64,000 nucleotides of DNA from an uncultured delta proteobacterium (lineage in GTDB: Bacteria > Desulfobacterota > Binatia > UBA9968), in the NCBI GenBank assembly GCA_963804165.1, contig CAWDPO010000017.1:352001-416000 (forward strand). Direction: 5' to 3'. Shown here in pieces: positions 30,566 through 41,233 of the stretch (its first letter is position 1; every line of letters starts with the position of its first letter). The notes beneath the pieces were generated by a model that saw only the letters and a program-made list of their open reading frames with translations, did no database searches and had not been told where the DNA came from. A program made the translations under genes and the position numbers.

Positions 30566-33292
30566 ATGCATATGCATTCAGAAACGTCTCCCGCGGTTAT
30601 TTCGATAATGAAGATTCTTGTGGTCGAGGACAACCCGATATCGCGAAAACTCACCCGTTTGGCACTGGAAGCGGAGGGATTCTCCGTGATTGAGGCGGCG
30701 GATGGGCAGACGGCGATCGATTATGTCACTCAGGAAATTCCCGACCTCATTCTCCAGGATATCCTTCTTCCCGACATGGACGGCTTCGAGATTGTTAATC
30801 GATTACACGCTCTGCCAGGCGCGGAGAAAATTCCTATCCTGGCGCTCACTGGCCTCATCTCAGCCGGAGATGAAAAAAAACTGCCGACGGCGCCTTTCGC
30901 GGATTATCTGTTCAAACCGGTAGAACCGTCGTTCTTGATCAGCACGGTGCGGGCGCACCTGGCAGCCAGTCAAACTTCCGAGCACATGCCCGGAGAGGGC
31001 CGGGTTGTCCTTGTCGTAGACGATGATCCGACGCAACTCAAACTCTTAGCCACCTATCTCGCCAATCTCGGTTTCGGTGTCACGACGGCTATTAACGGCG
31101 CCGATGCCATGGTCAAAGCCAAGACGACCCTGCCAGACGCGGTTTTCACTGATGTATTGATGCCCGAAGTAGACGGCTTCGAACTTTGCCGGTTGATTCG
31201 GCAACATGAGCGGCTCGGCAACACTCCGGTGGTGCTGTTGACCAACAATTACGGGGACGAGGCCGATAGACGCCTCGCGGTGGACGTCGGTGCCAACGCA
31301 CTGGTGCACCGCACGCCCGATTGTAAAGAAGCCGTCGAGGTCCTGCTCGCAAGTTTAGATCGTCCGGCGCCGTTACCAGAGCGCAATGACGCTGCGTTTG
31401 AAGCCGAACACAAAGAAAGCTTGTTGCGGCAGCTCAATCGTCAAGCGCGACTGAACGTCGATCTGGCACGCCGTTGCGCGGCGCAGAGCGCCCAGATCTC
31501 GGTGCTCGCAAGCGCGGCGCAAAGCTTTTTGCGATCCGGCGAAAACATTGAAAACCTTCTTTCGGAAATCCTTGCGCATTACCTGGCGGTCATCGGTTTC
31601 TCCCGCGGCGCGGTGTATTTGTTGGACGCCAGCGCACGGCTCAAGTTGTCGGGACAAATTGGATTCTCTCCGGCCAACGAAGCGGTCTTGGCGAATTTCT
31701 TCGGCCACGCGGAATTACTCCAAGAGATCATGGCCCGTGACGAGCCGATCATGATCAGCTCGCCGGCGAGCGACGCGCGATTTCAAGTCTTATTGACTGA
31801 GGCGTCGGTGCGTTCGATCCTTACCGCGCCGTTGGCGTTCGACGGCCGACCGCTCGGTGTAATTGCGCTTTTTTCCGACACTCGTGAGCTCTACCCGGAA
31901 TGGATCCACTTTTCCAATCTCATTCACGGCCAAATCAGCCAAGCCGTCGCGCTCTGGCAAACTATTGCGCAACTGAAATTCTTGGCCGATTACGATCCTC
32001 TGACCGGTTTGCCGAACCGCTCCCGTTTGACCGAGCACTTGCAGCAGCTTCTCAGCCGTCAGGACGTGCCTGTTGAAGTTGCTCTCTTTCGGGTCAATAT
32101 CGATCGCTTCGAAGAAATCAATAATGCTCTGAGCTACCGGAACGGCGACGAACTGCTGCGCCAGTTCGGCAAGCGATTGAAGGACGCCGTCAGTGACGCG
32201 GACATGATCGCGCGGTTGGACGCCGACGAGTTCGGCATTGTCGTCGCCCAAGCGGGCGTGTCACAGGTGGCGGCGGATATCTCCCGCTTTGTCATTTCCG
32301 CCCTCGAGGCGCCTTTTGTGATCGATCAATTGCCGTTGGACGTTCACGCGAGTATCGGCATTGCGCTCGCTCCCGAGCACGCGACGAGCGCCGACGAGCT
32401 GTTACGCCGGGGCGATATGGCGATGCGCTCGGCGAAACGTTCGACGGCAGGGTATGCGCTCTACACCGACGCCATCGATCAGTATGACCCGCAGCGCCTG
32501 ACGTTGATGGGCGAGCTGAGTCACGCCATCGATCACGATGAATTGTCTTTGTATTACCAACCCAAGGTCAGTTTAAAAACAGAACGGATCATCGGCGTCG
32601 AAGCGCTCGTGCGCTGGCATCACCCGCAGCGCGGCCTGATTGTGCCCGATCAATTTATTCCGCTGGCCGAAAAGACCGGCGCGATTCAACGGCTGACCCT
32701 ATGGGTGCTCGAGACTGCGATCCGTCAGTCTACGGTCTGGCAGCGAGCGGGCTTCGATCTCAAGGTGGCGGTCAATCTTTCCGTTCGCAATCTGCTCGAA
32801 GCGGCGTTTCCCACTCGGGTGATTTCTCTCTTGAAAGACGACGGGATGGCAGCCAACGGCTTGACCATGGAAATAACCGAAAGCGCGCTGATGGCGGATC
32901 CCGCGAAGGCGCGCAAAGTGCTGATCTTGCTGAGCCATCATGGGATACGCTTTTCGATCGATGATTTTGGCACCGGCTATTCGTCCCTGGCTTATCTGAA
33001 GCATCTGCCGGTGAGCGAAATAAAAATCGACAAGCTCTTCGTTTCCACGCTGATGACCGACGCGGATAATTCGACGATCGTGCGCTCGACAATTGATCTC
33101 GGCCGCAATCTCGGCCTATCGGTCGTCGCGGAAGGAGTGGAGGACCAACAAACCTGGGAGAAGCTCGGCGCCATGGGGTGCGACGAAGCTCAAGGTTACT
33201 ACATGAGCAGGCCATTGCCTGCCGATCAGGTTGAACGCTGGCTAAAAGAGTCGCAATGGGGCATCGCAACGCGCGCTTGCGTCGCCGAGTAA
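30566..33292 (+). CDS. REC-REC-GAF-GGDEF(degenerate)-EAL protein, probable c-di-GMP phosphodiesterase
   Basis: Two receiver domains; DPLTGLPNR; RLDADEF; EALVRW; IDDFGTGYSS. Confidence 0.92.
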   Translation: MHMHSETSPAVISIMKILVVEDNPISRKLTRLALEAEGFSVIEAADGQTAIDYVTQEIPDLILQDILLPDMDGFEIVNRLHALPGAEKIPILALTGLISAGDEKKLPTAPFADYLFKPVEPSFLISTVRAHLAASQTSEHMPGEGRVVLVVDDDPTQLKLLATYLANLGFGVTTAINGADAMVKAKTTLPDAVFTDVLMPEVDGFELCRLIRQHERLGNTPVVLLTNNYGDEADRRLAVDVGANALVHRTPDCKEAVEVLLASLDRPAPLPERNDAAFEAEHKESLLRQLNRQARLNVDLARRCAAQSAQISVLASAAQSFLRSGENIENLLSEILAHYLAVIGFSRGAVYLLDASARLKLSGQIGFSPANEAVLANFFGHAELLQEIMARDEPIMISSPASDARFQVLLTEASVRSILTAPLAFDGRPLGVIALFSDTRELYPEWIHFSNLIHGQISQAVALWQTIAQLKFLADYDPLTGLPNRSRLTEHLQQLLSRQDVPVEVALFRVNIDRFEEINNALSYRNGDELLRQFGKRLKDAVSDADMIARLDADEFGIVVAQAGVSQVAADISRFVISALEAPFVIDQLPLDVHASIGIALAPEHATSADELLRRGDMAMRSAKRSTAGYALYTDAIDQYDPQRLTLMGELSHAIDHDELSLYYQPKVSLKTERIIGVEALVRWHHPQRGLIVPDQFIPLAEKTGAIQRLTLWVLETAIRQSTVWQRAGFDLKVAVNLSVRNLLEAAFPTRVISLLKDDGMAANGLTMEITESALMADPAKARKVLILLSHHGIRFSIDDFGTGYSSLAYLKHLPVSEIKIDKLFVSTLMTDADNSTIVRSTIDLGRNLGLSVVAEGVEDQQTWEKLGAMGCDEAQGYYMSRPLPADQVERWLKESQWGIATRACVAE

Positions 33293-33327
33293 ACCACCGG
33301 TATCAGACACACTCAGTGTTAGGTTAG

Positions 33328-36300
33328 ATGGGACAATCGAGCACCCACGATCCCCGATCTCAGGAAGTGGCCCCCGAGTTTGCGGGCCAACCCCTCGCCT
33401 CGTCTCACATCAACGTGCTGATCGCCGACGATAACGTCACGAACCGCAAACTGCTGCGCACATTGCTGGAATCCGAGGGGAACGCCGTGCTCGAAGCCGA
33501 CAACGGCGTCACCGCCCTAAAATTTCTCGAGCAGCGGCAGGTGGACGCGGTGATCTCCGATATTCTCATGCCCGGCATGGATGGGTTTCGCTTGTGTTTT
33601 GAAATCCGCAGAAACCCGAAACTGCGCAAGCTGCCCTTTATCGTATATACGGCGAGCTATACTTCGGCGTCGGACGAGAAACTCGCGATGCAATTCGGCG
33701 CCGATCGATTTATTCGCAAGCCGGCGTCCATCAACAGCATCGTCGAGACGCTCTATGAGGTCGTCGAGTCGGTTCAGAACCGGGACCAAATCGAGGTCAA
33801 AATTCCCGAAGAAGCCGGCGTGATGCGAGCGTACAGCCAGGTGTTGGTGACTAAACTCGAACAGACCATTCTTAATCTGTCAGAGACCAATAAGATTCTC
33901 GCCGAACGAACGACGCTGGCGGAATTTGCGATGGCCGTCAGCACAACGCTTTCACAATGCACGAATTTGCAGGAGATGCTGCGTCAATGTTGCGCTGCCA
34001 CCGTTGACCACTTAGGCGCCGTCTTTGCCCGGATTTGGACGTTGAATGAACGGGAAAAGGTGCTTGAGCTGCAAGCAAGTTCGGGAATGGATCCCCACAT
34101 CAACGGCGCCGATGCCCGCATCCCGATAGGTCGGTCCAACATCGGCCGCATCGCCTCGGAACGCAAACCGCATCTCACTAACGCCGTTATCGGCGACCCC
34201 AGGGTGCAAGATCAGGATTGGATGAGGCGGGAAGGCATGATCGCGTTTGCGGGCTACCCTTTGATGATCGCCGATCAGGTCGTCGGCGTCATGGAGACAT
34301 TTGCCCGGGCGTCTTTCAGTCAGAATACACTTGAGATTATGGGTTCGGTGGCTCGGAGCATCGCCGTCGGCATTCAGCGCCAGTTCGCCGAAGAGGAGGT
34401 GCGCCGGAGCGCAGAGCGCTTTGGCGATCTGGCAGAAAACATCAACGAGATATTCTTCGTCGCGGCTCCGGGGGGAGGACAATTTTATTACGTAAATCCC
34501 GCTCACGAGCAAATCACAGGTCAAAAGTGCGCTGAGCTCTACCAAAATCCGCACGCGTGGCTTGAATGCATTCATCCGGATGATCGCGCGCGGGCTCACG
34601 AGGCTTTGCGAGCCAATTCTGCGGATCTCGATCAAGAATATCGTATTTTGAGACCGGATAGGGAGATACGCTGGCTGCGCTCACGCGCGTATCCGGTAAA
34701 GGATGCCGAGGGCAAAGTAGTGCGGGTCGTTGGCATTGCAACCGACATTACGGAACGCAAGCAAGCCGAAGAGAAAGTAAACCAGAATCTCAACCGTATC
34801 AAGGCGCTGCACGATATTGATCTCGCAATCACTTCGACCCTGGATCTGGCGACAATTTTGAAAGCCCTGTTGGCAAAAATCGAAAATGTTTTCCCCTATC
34901 CCACGGTCACGACAGTTCGGCTGTTGAATCGGACAACTGGTGAATTGGAAGCGTTGGCCTGCCATAACGTCGATCTAGACGATTGGAAGGTAAGTTTCGT
35001 CGATCAACGGGGCGGTCGCGCCTATCAGGTGCTCAAAAGCCACGCGCCTCTGGTTGTGCGCGACGTGCGGGGCCATTCGGATACCGTCAACCCTGCACTA
35101 TTTCAAAAATATGGTTTGGTCTCTTACATCGGTCTGCCGCTAATCGCAAAAGACCAGTCCTTGGGCGTTTTGAACTTCTACACCAAGCAGGAGCACGTGT
35201 TTAGCCCGGCAGAAATCCAATTTTTGATGACGCTGGCATCCCAAGCAGCGATCGCGATTCACAACGCTCAGCTCCACGAACAAACCCAGCGAAATTTCGA
35301 ACGGATCCAAGCGATTCTGGACAGCGCGCTCGATTGTATCGTCACCATGGATCGCGATGGGAAAATCGTCGAGTTTAACCCGGCGGCGGAAAAGACATTC
35401 AATTATATGCGCGCTGAGGTTATCGGCAAGGAACTGAGTGAGTTGATCATCCCGCCGTCGTTGCGCGAGAGGCATCGCCGTGGTCTGGAGCATTATTTGA
35501 GCACCGGTGAGGGACCGGTGCTCGGCAAGCGACTTGAAATAACCGCAATGCGCGCCGATGGTAGTGAGTTTCCCGCTGAGTTGATCGTCAGCCACAGCTC
35601 CATCAGTGGTGGAGCGCCAACTTTTACCGGCTTCATACGCGACATTTCCGCGCGCAAACATGCAGAAGAGCAGATTCAGCGCAATCTGGAGCGCATCCGG
35701 GCGCTCCACGAAATCGACGTCGCCATCAATTCGACGTTAGACCTAGACACCGTCCTGCGAGTGTTGCTGGAAAAAATCGATCTTTTTATTCCCTATCCCT
35801 CGGTGACCACCGTGAGGCTGCGGAACCCGGAAACCGGCCAATTCGAGGTCCTTGCCTGCCGCAATATTGACGCCGCGGAGTGGAAGAGTGAATTCGTCAG
35901 ATCTCACGGACGGGCGAGACGCGTCATGGAAACCAAGACACCCGTTACGGTGCGCAGCCTTGCGACCGATCCGAACACTCATAACCCGGACTTTTATCGT
36001 CGTCATGGCCTGATTTCCTATGCTTCATTGCCGTTGGTCGTGCGCGACGAAGCCATTGGAGTTTTCAACCTCTACACCAAAGAGGAGCATGAGTTTAGCG
36101 CCGAAGAGCTCGAATTCTTGCTGACGCTGGCGGGCCAGGCGGCAATCGCGATCAATAACGCCCGGCTCTACGAGCACACCCAGCGCCATCTCAGGCGCAT
36201 CCAAGGGGTTTCCGAAATCAATACCGCGATCGCCTCTTCGCTCAGCTTGAAGAATGTTTTGGACGTCTTACTGGAGAAAACCGAACTGTTTTGTCCGGTT

Positions 36301-38511
36301 GCGGTCGCGTGCGGCACCCGCCTGTTCGACGAGGCGACGGGAAACATGGTTCCACTGGCCTCGCGCCATATTCCATTCGAAGAATGGAAGCAAGAAGTCG
36401 CGAGCGCCAAGGGACGTCTGACCCGGCTGCTCATCGAGACGAAAAGGCCCGTGGCGATTCTTAACATGCACACAGACTCTCGAACTTCGATGAACCAGTT
36501 CGCGCGCCGACACGGCCTGGTTTCCTACCTCGGGGTGCCGCTGATCGTTAAAGACAAGTTCATCGGCAATCTGGTCATCTATACGAGAAAGGAACATGCC
36601 TTTACCTCCGAGGAGATCGAGTTCTTTTCCAACTTGGGCAGTCAGGCGGCGATAGCGATCCACAACGCTCAACTCTACGAGGAAGCGCGCGCGCGAGAGA
36701 CGCAGCTGCAAGATAGCAACCGAATGCTCTCGGCTCTCCACTCGGTCGCTGCCGCTGCGAATCAATCGCTGGATGTGAATCGCGTGCTACAAGCGGCGAT
36801 CGGCAAGATCACCGAGATTTTTCAATTCGACGCGACTCGAATCCATCTTTTCGAGGGTGATTCCGGCCAGCTCGTGCGCCGGGCATCCTTTGAAAAAGAT
36901 CCCGAACGTTCGACGGCACCGAAACCCTTCAAACCGGATGATGGGGTGATCGGCAAGGTCGCGGCGACCGGACAAGCCTTGGTGTTCGAGGACATCGACT
37001 CGGACGCGCGTTATCGCGAGCTGAGTCGAAGCAAATACTCTGTCCGGTTTCACGATCGTTTCGTTGCTGTCTTTCCGATTCGCGCCAAGTCGGGGATACT
37101 CGGCACGCTCACGTGCCTTGGCCATGAGATGCGAAACTTGGGCATGGCGGAAAGACAGCTTCTGGAAGCGATCACCGACCAGATCGCGGCGGCAATCGAA
37201 AATGCCCGCTTGTTCGAAAAGAACGAGACCTCCAATCGAGAGCTGGCCGCGACGAACAGGTTTTTAGACAAATCTCTCGGTCAGCTCACCAGCCTGTACA
37301 CTGCGTTGACACCGCTTGCGCCCTCGGAATCGCTCGGAGAAATGGTCAGTGGAATCATGGAACGGCTCGTCGAAGCGACGGGCGCGGACGCTTCGTTGAT
37401 TCGGATTTGGAATCGCGATGCGGGCAACTATCCTGTTATTGGGCAGTTGGGCTATCCGCATGCATTTATTGCGGAGGCTCGCCCCGAAAGGTCGGAAGGA
37501 GCCGTCGGTTGGGTGCTCAAGAATAACCAGCCGATCATCTCCGCCGACATTGCCTCCGATGCTCGCTTAAGGCGAAAAGCTCAATTGCCGATCGGATTTC
37601 AATCCTGCGCGATCCTGCCGCTACAGGTACACGGCGAGGTACGCGGTGTAATCCAGCTTTCGAGCCGAAAATTGCGCTATTTCGACAACGACCAAGAGTA
37701 CCATCTCATGGCAGTGGCCCGGCAGATGAGCATCGCGCTGGAAAACCGGGAGCTGTTCTATACCCTCAGGACGTCGCGCAACGAGCTCGAGAAGGCTAAC
37801 AAGGTGAAGGATGAGTTTTTGAGCGTCATGTCGCACGAACTCCGGACGCCGCTCAGCGTGATCATCGGCTACAGCGGGATGTTGAGCCAAAAACAGCTGG
37901 GTTTGCTCACGACCGAGCAAGACCAGGCGGTCGAAGTCATACAGCGCAATTCGCAAGAGCTCGCCGCGATGATTGAAAGCATCATGGACGCGACGAAGAT
38001 CGAAGCCGGTTCGATGCTCGCGGAAAAAGAGCTGATCTCGCTGTCCGACTTGCTTGATGAAATTAGGCTCGCCTACGACTTTGCCACGGGCAAAGACATT
38101 CGCTTGGAGTGGCGCTTTGCGGACGCGCCGCCGGCGATCTGGACGGATTCGCGCAAATTGCGCCAGATCCTTACGAACCTCATCAGCAATGCCATCAAGT
38201 TCAGCGACCGGGGCCAGATCGTCACCTCAGCGCGGCAAAAAATCGAGCCGGGCGCCGGCGCGGATGAAAAATGGATTGAGTTCGAGGTGGCCGACAGCGG
38301 CGTCGGAATTCCGCCGGAGGAATGGGAAAAGATCTTCGAGCGATTCCACCAACTCGATAGTTCCGGAACGCGACGCTTCGAGGGCGTCGGTCTCGGACTC
38401 TACATCGTCAAGTCGTTCAGCGAGTTGTTGGGTGGTCGGGTATCAGTGCGCAGCGAAGTCGGCAAAGGCTCGACCTTTACGGTGCGCTTGCCGATGCTGA
38501 CGGCTTCCTAG
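33328..38511 (+). CDS. Multi-sensor histidine kinase REC-GAF-PAS-GAF-PAS-GAF-GAF-GAF-GAF-HisKA-HATPase
   Basis: Repeated QAAIAIxNAxL GAF ends, DITERK PAS end, MSHELRTPL, NLISNAIKF, GVGLGL. Confidence 0.92.
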   Translation: MGQSSTHDPRSQEVAPEFAGQPLASSHINVLIADDNVTNRKLLRTLLESEGNAVLEADNGVTALKFLEQRQVDAVISDILMPGMDGFRLCFEIRRNPKLRKLPFIVYTASYTSASDEKLAMQFGADRFIRKPASINSIVETLYEVVESVQNRDQIEVKIPEEAGVMRAYSQVLVTKLEQTILNLSETNKILAERTTLAEFAMAVSTTLSQCTNLQEMLRQCCAATVDHLGAVFARIWTLNEREKVLELQASSGMDPHINGADARIPIGRSNIGRIASERKPHLTNAVIGDPRVQDQDWMRREGMIAFAGYPLMIADQVVGVMETFARASFSQNTLEIMGSVARSIAVGIQRQFAEEEVRRSAERFGDLAENINEIFFVAAPGGGQFYYVNPAHEQITGQKCAELYQNPHAWLECIHPDDRARAHEALRANSADLDQEYRILRPDREIRWLRSRAYPVKDAEGKVVRVVGIATDITERKQAEEKVNQNLNRIKALHDIDLAITSTLDLATILKALLAKIENVFPYPTVTTVRLLNRTTGELEALACHNVDLDDWKVSFVDQRGGRAYQVLKSHAPLVVRDVRGHSDTVNPALFQKYGLVSYIGLPLIAKDQSLGVLNFYTKQEHVFSPAEIQFLMTLASQAAIAIHNAQLHEQTQRNFERIQAILDSALDCIVTMDRDGKIVEFNPAAEKTFNYMRAEVIGKELSELIIPPSLRERHRRGLEHYLSTGEGPVLGKRLEITAMRADGSEFPAELIVSHSSISGGAPTFTGFIRDISARKHAEEQIQRNLERIRALHEIDVAINSTLDLDTVLRVLLEKIDLFIPYPSVTTVRLRNPETGQFEVLACRNIDAAEWKSEFVRSHGRARRVMETKTPVTVRSLATDPNTHNPDFYRRHGLISYASLPLVVRDEAIGVFNLYTKEEHEFSAEELEFLLTLAGQAAIAINNARLYEHTQRHLRRIQGVSEINTAIASSLSLKNVLDVLLEKTELFCPVAVACGTRLFDEATGNMVPLASRHIPFEEWKQEVASAKGRLTRLLIETKRPVAILNMHTDSRTSMNQFARRHGLVSYLGVPLIVKDKFIGNLVIYTRKEHAFTSEEIEFFSNLGSQAAIAIHNAQLYEEARARETQLQDSNRMLSALHSVAAAANQSLDVNRVLQAAIGKITEIFQFDATRIHLFEGDSGQLVRRASFEKDPERSTAPKPFKPDDGVIGKVAATGQALVFEDIDSDARYRELSRSKYSVRFHDRFVAVFPIRAKSGILGTLTCLGHEMRNLGMAERQLLEAITDQIAAAIENARLFEKNETSNRELAATNRFLDKSLGQLTSLYTALTPLAPSESLGEMVSGIMERLVEATGADASLIRIWNRDAGNYPVIGQLGYPHAFIAEARPERSEGAVGWVLKNNQPIISADIASDARLRRKAQLPIGFQSCAILPLQVHGEVRGVIQLSSRKLRYFDNDQEYHLMAVARQMSIALENRELFYTLRTSRNELEKANKVKDEFLSVMSHELRTPLSVIIGYSGMLSQKQLGLLTTEQDQAVEVIQRNSQELAAMIESIMDATKIEAGSMLAEKELISLSDLLDEIRLAYDFATGKDIRLEWRFADAPPAIWTDSRKLRQILTNLISNAIKFSDRGQIVTSARQKIEPGAGADEKWIEFEVADSGVGIPPEEWEKIFERFHQLDSSGTRRFEGVGLGLYIVKSFSELLGGRVSVRSEVGKGSTFTVRLPMLTAS

Positions 38512-38756
38512 TGTCCTGCCTCTAAGTTTGCTGCATTATTCCCGCGGCATTCTGACGGAAAATCTCCCCTTCCCCTCTTTGTCAAAGAGGGGTGAAAACC
38601 GCAAACTCCGCCTTTGAAAAAAGGCATACAGAGAGATTTGCGTTCGATTTCACCTTCTGCCAGTAGGTATAGAAGAGAGATTTGATCTTTTCCGCAGCCG
38701 TCAATCCCTCCTAATCCTTTGTTAACGGAAAGAATGCCGGAACGACCGAGACGCTC
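38508..38756. repeat. Composite palindromic MITE-like element overlapping the kinase stop codon
   Basis: Starts ctagtgtcctg; contains cccctctttgtcaaagagggg; homologous to 10631-10835 (reverse) and 6095-6205. Confidence 0.72.
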
Positions 38757-38966
38757 GTTTCTCGCGAGCCATCTTCAATGGAGCCGGAATTTCGGAGCAT
38801 CTTAATTCAATCCCGTCTTTATGCGCCTGCACGGCGATCTGCGCACGTTCGCCTGTGCAAGCAGTGCATCCGTATCATCATTCTCGCGTCCCAGACGCAC
38901 TTCCCTTGACAATCGGTTCGCGGCTCAAATAAGGTCAGCTCAAATTCCCCGAGGAGGTATCAAACC

Positions 38967-39806
38967 GTGGCAGCGACACTATGGAAAGAATACAAAACCG
39001 TTAAGGTGGAAAAAGAAGACGGCATCACCTGGTGCATTCTCAATCGGCCTGAAAAACGCAATGCGATGAACCCGCAGCTCCATTACGACATGCTCGAAGC
39101 TCTCACTGAGCTCGAAGTCGACAAGGATACGAAAGTTTTGGTGCTCACGGGCGCGGGGCCGAGCTGGTGCGCGGGTCAGGATCTGCGCGAGTATTTTCGC
39201 GGCACGGATAATAATCCGCTGGAGCGGCGCAAAGCGAGCTGGGCATCGCAAGAGTGGCGCTGGCGCCGTTTGTTCTGGTTCCCGAAGCCCACCATCGCCA
39301 TGGTCAACGGCTTCTGTTTCGGCGGCGCGTTCACGCCGCTGATCGCCTGTGACTTCGCGATCGCCGCGGAGGACGCGACCTTCGGTTTGAGCGAAGTGAA
39401 CTGGGGTATTTTCCCGGGCGGATTGGTGAGCCGAGTTTTGGCCGACGCGATGTGCTACCGCGACGCCATGTGGGCGATCATGACAGGTGATCCGTTCGAC
39501 GGCAAGAAAGCCGCCGAGATGAGGCTGATCAACTACGCCGTGCCGAAAGAAAAACTGCGCGAAGAGACGATTGGCCTGGCGCAGAAGCTGATGAAGAAAA
39601 ATCCCCAGGTGCTGCGCGCGGCGAAGGAAGTCTATAAATATTGCCGCACCATGGATTACGCTCAGGCGGAAGATTACATGGGCGCCAAAGGGACGGCGCT
39701 TCGCCTGACCGATCCGGAAAAGGGCCGCGAAACCGGCATGGAGCAGTTTCTCGACAAAAAGACTTACCGTCCGGGTCTGGGCGAGTACAACCGCAACGCG
39801 AAATAG
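38967..39806 (+). CDS. ech: p-hydroxycinnamoyl/feruloyl-CoA hydratase-lyase
   Basis: LNRPEKRNAM, DLREYFR, LSEVNWGI, AEDY, YRPGL; typical HCHL signature. Confidence 0.8.
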   Translation: MAATLWKEYKTVKVEKEDGITWCILNRPEKRNAMNPQLHYDMLEALTELEVDKDTKVLVLTGAGPSWCAGQDLREYFRGTDNNPLERRKASWASQEWRWRRLFWFPKPTIAMVNGFCFGGAFTPLIACDFAIAAEDATFGLSEVNWGIFPGGLVSRVLADAMCYRDAMWAIMTGDPFDGKKAAEMRLINYAVPKEKLREETIGLAQKLMKKNPQVLRAAKEVYKYCRTMDYAQAEDYMGAKGTALRLTDPEKGRETGMEQFLDKKTYRPGLGEYNRNAK

Positions 39807-39814
39807 TTTTCTAA

Positions 39815-39908
39815 GTTCAAGGTTCAAAGGTTCAACGTTCAAGGTTGGGATCGGATTTTGGATTGGCTGAAAGATGCCGCTCCAAAATCCGAAATTCAAA
39901 ATCTAAAA
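39815..39908. repeat. GTTCAA array followed by inverted GGATTTT/AAAATCC 7-nt array
   Basis: gttcaag gttcaaag gttcaac gttcaag; cggattttggatt ... ccaaaatccgaaattcaaaatctaaaa. Confidence 0.75.
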
Positions 39909-39918
39909 CAGGACAGCG

Positions 39919-41082
39919 GTGGATTTCGATTTACCGGAAGAGCTGCGACTCTTAAAAGACACGGTTCGAAAGTTCGTCGACCGCGAGCTGATTCCCCTCG
40001 AGCGCGAGTGCCGCCCCGAAGGGGAGGACATGCCCGAGCAGTACATCAAGCCGCTTCAGGAAAAGGCCAAAGCGATCGGGCTGTGGCTGCTCGACGTGCC
40101 GCAGGAATACGGCGGCGCCGGGCTCGATCTGATGAGCCGCTGCGTGATCATGGAAGAGGTGGCGCGCACCGTGGCGATTCCGTTTCGTTACGCGCCAATA
40201 TTTGGCCCGGAAGTCCGGCCGGTGCTGTTTCATTGCAATGAAGAACAGAAACCGCGCTTTCTTCTTCCCGTCATTCGCGGCGAGAAAAGAATTTGCTTTG
40301 CGCAGACTGAGCCCGATGCCGGCAGCGACCCGTCGGGCATGAAGACACGGGCGGTGCGCGACGGTGATCACTATATGATCAACGGGACCAAGCGGTTCAT
40401 TACCGCCGCTAAGAACGCGGATTATGCGCAGGTCATCGCCGTTACTGACCCGCAGAAGGGCGCGCGCGGCGGCGTGAGTTGCTTTGTCGTCGATATGAAA
40501 GCGCCGGGCGTAACGCTCGAACGATTGTGGCCGACCATGATGGGCGACACGCCCGGACAAATTCATTTTGAAAACGTGCGCGTGCCAGCCGCCGACATGA
40601 TCGGCAGGGAAGGCGAAGGATTCTCCATCGCCCAAGGCTGGATTCAAGAAGGTCGCATCCGCGGCCACGGCGCGCGGCCCGTCGGCATCGCCTCGCGCGC
40701 CCTCGACATGATGATCGAGTATTCCAAAGTCCGCACCACTTTCGGACGCCCGCTGTCGGATAGGCAGGCGATTCAGTTCATGATCGCCGACTCGGCGATG
40801 GAGCTGCACGCATGCCGTTTGATGGTTTACGAATGCGCCTGGCGCCATGACCGCGGCGAAGATGTTCGCCAGATTTCGTACATGACCAAGATTCAGTGCG
40901 CCGAGATGGCGAGCCGCGTGGTCGACCGCTCGATTCAAGTGCACGGCGGACTAGGACTGATGCGCGAGTTGCCGCTGGAATGGTGGTATCGCCAAGTGCG
41001 CAGTATCCGCATCACCGAAGGCACGCCGGAAGTTTTACGCTGGCGCCTGGCGCAGCACATCATCAAGAATCACAAGTCCTGA
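39919..41082 (+). CDS. Acyl-CoA dehydrogenase
   Basis: FAQTEPDAGSD, NGTKRFIT, QVHGGLG, ITEGTPEV; paralog of 1445. Confidence 0.95.
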   Translation: MDFDLPEELRLLKDTVRKFVDRELIPLERECRPEGEDMPEQYIKPLQEKAKAIGLWLLDVPQEYGGAGLDLMSRCVIMEEVARTVAIPFRYAPIFGPEVRPVLFHCNEEQKPRFLLPVIRGEKRICFAQTEPDAGSDPSGMKTRAVRDGDHYMINGTKRFITAAKNADYAQVIAVTDPQKGARGGVSCFVVDMKAPGVTLERLWPTMMGDTPGQIHFENVRVPAADMIGREGEGFSIAQGWIQEGRIRGHGARPVGIASRALDMMIEYSKVRTTFGRPLSDRQAIQFMIADSAMELHACRLMVYECAWRHDRGEDVRQISYMTKIQCAEMASRVVDRSIQVHGGLGLMRELPLEWWYRQVRSIRITEGTPEVLRWRLAQHIIKNHKS

Positions 41083-41145
41083 GCGTCTGCTGAAGCGACT
41101 CACATGTTTTATCAGCTGCGATTGTGTCCCTTTAAAGAATCAAAA

Positions 41146-41224
41146 TTGGAGTGTTGGAGTGTTGGAGTAATGGAGTGATGCGTCCGCTACCCAACACTCC
41201 AATGCTCCGGTACTCCGACACTCC
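41146..41224. repeat. Inverted 8-nt array: 4x TGGAGT then 4x (A/G)CTCC
   Basis: tggagtgt tggagtgt tggagtaa tggagtga ... acactcca atgctccg gtactccg acactcc. Confidence 0.85.
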
Positions 41225-41233
41225 GTTCTGCCG

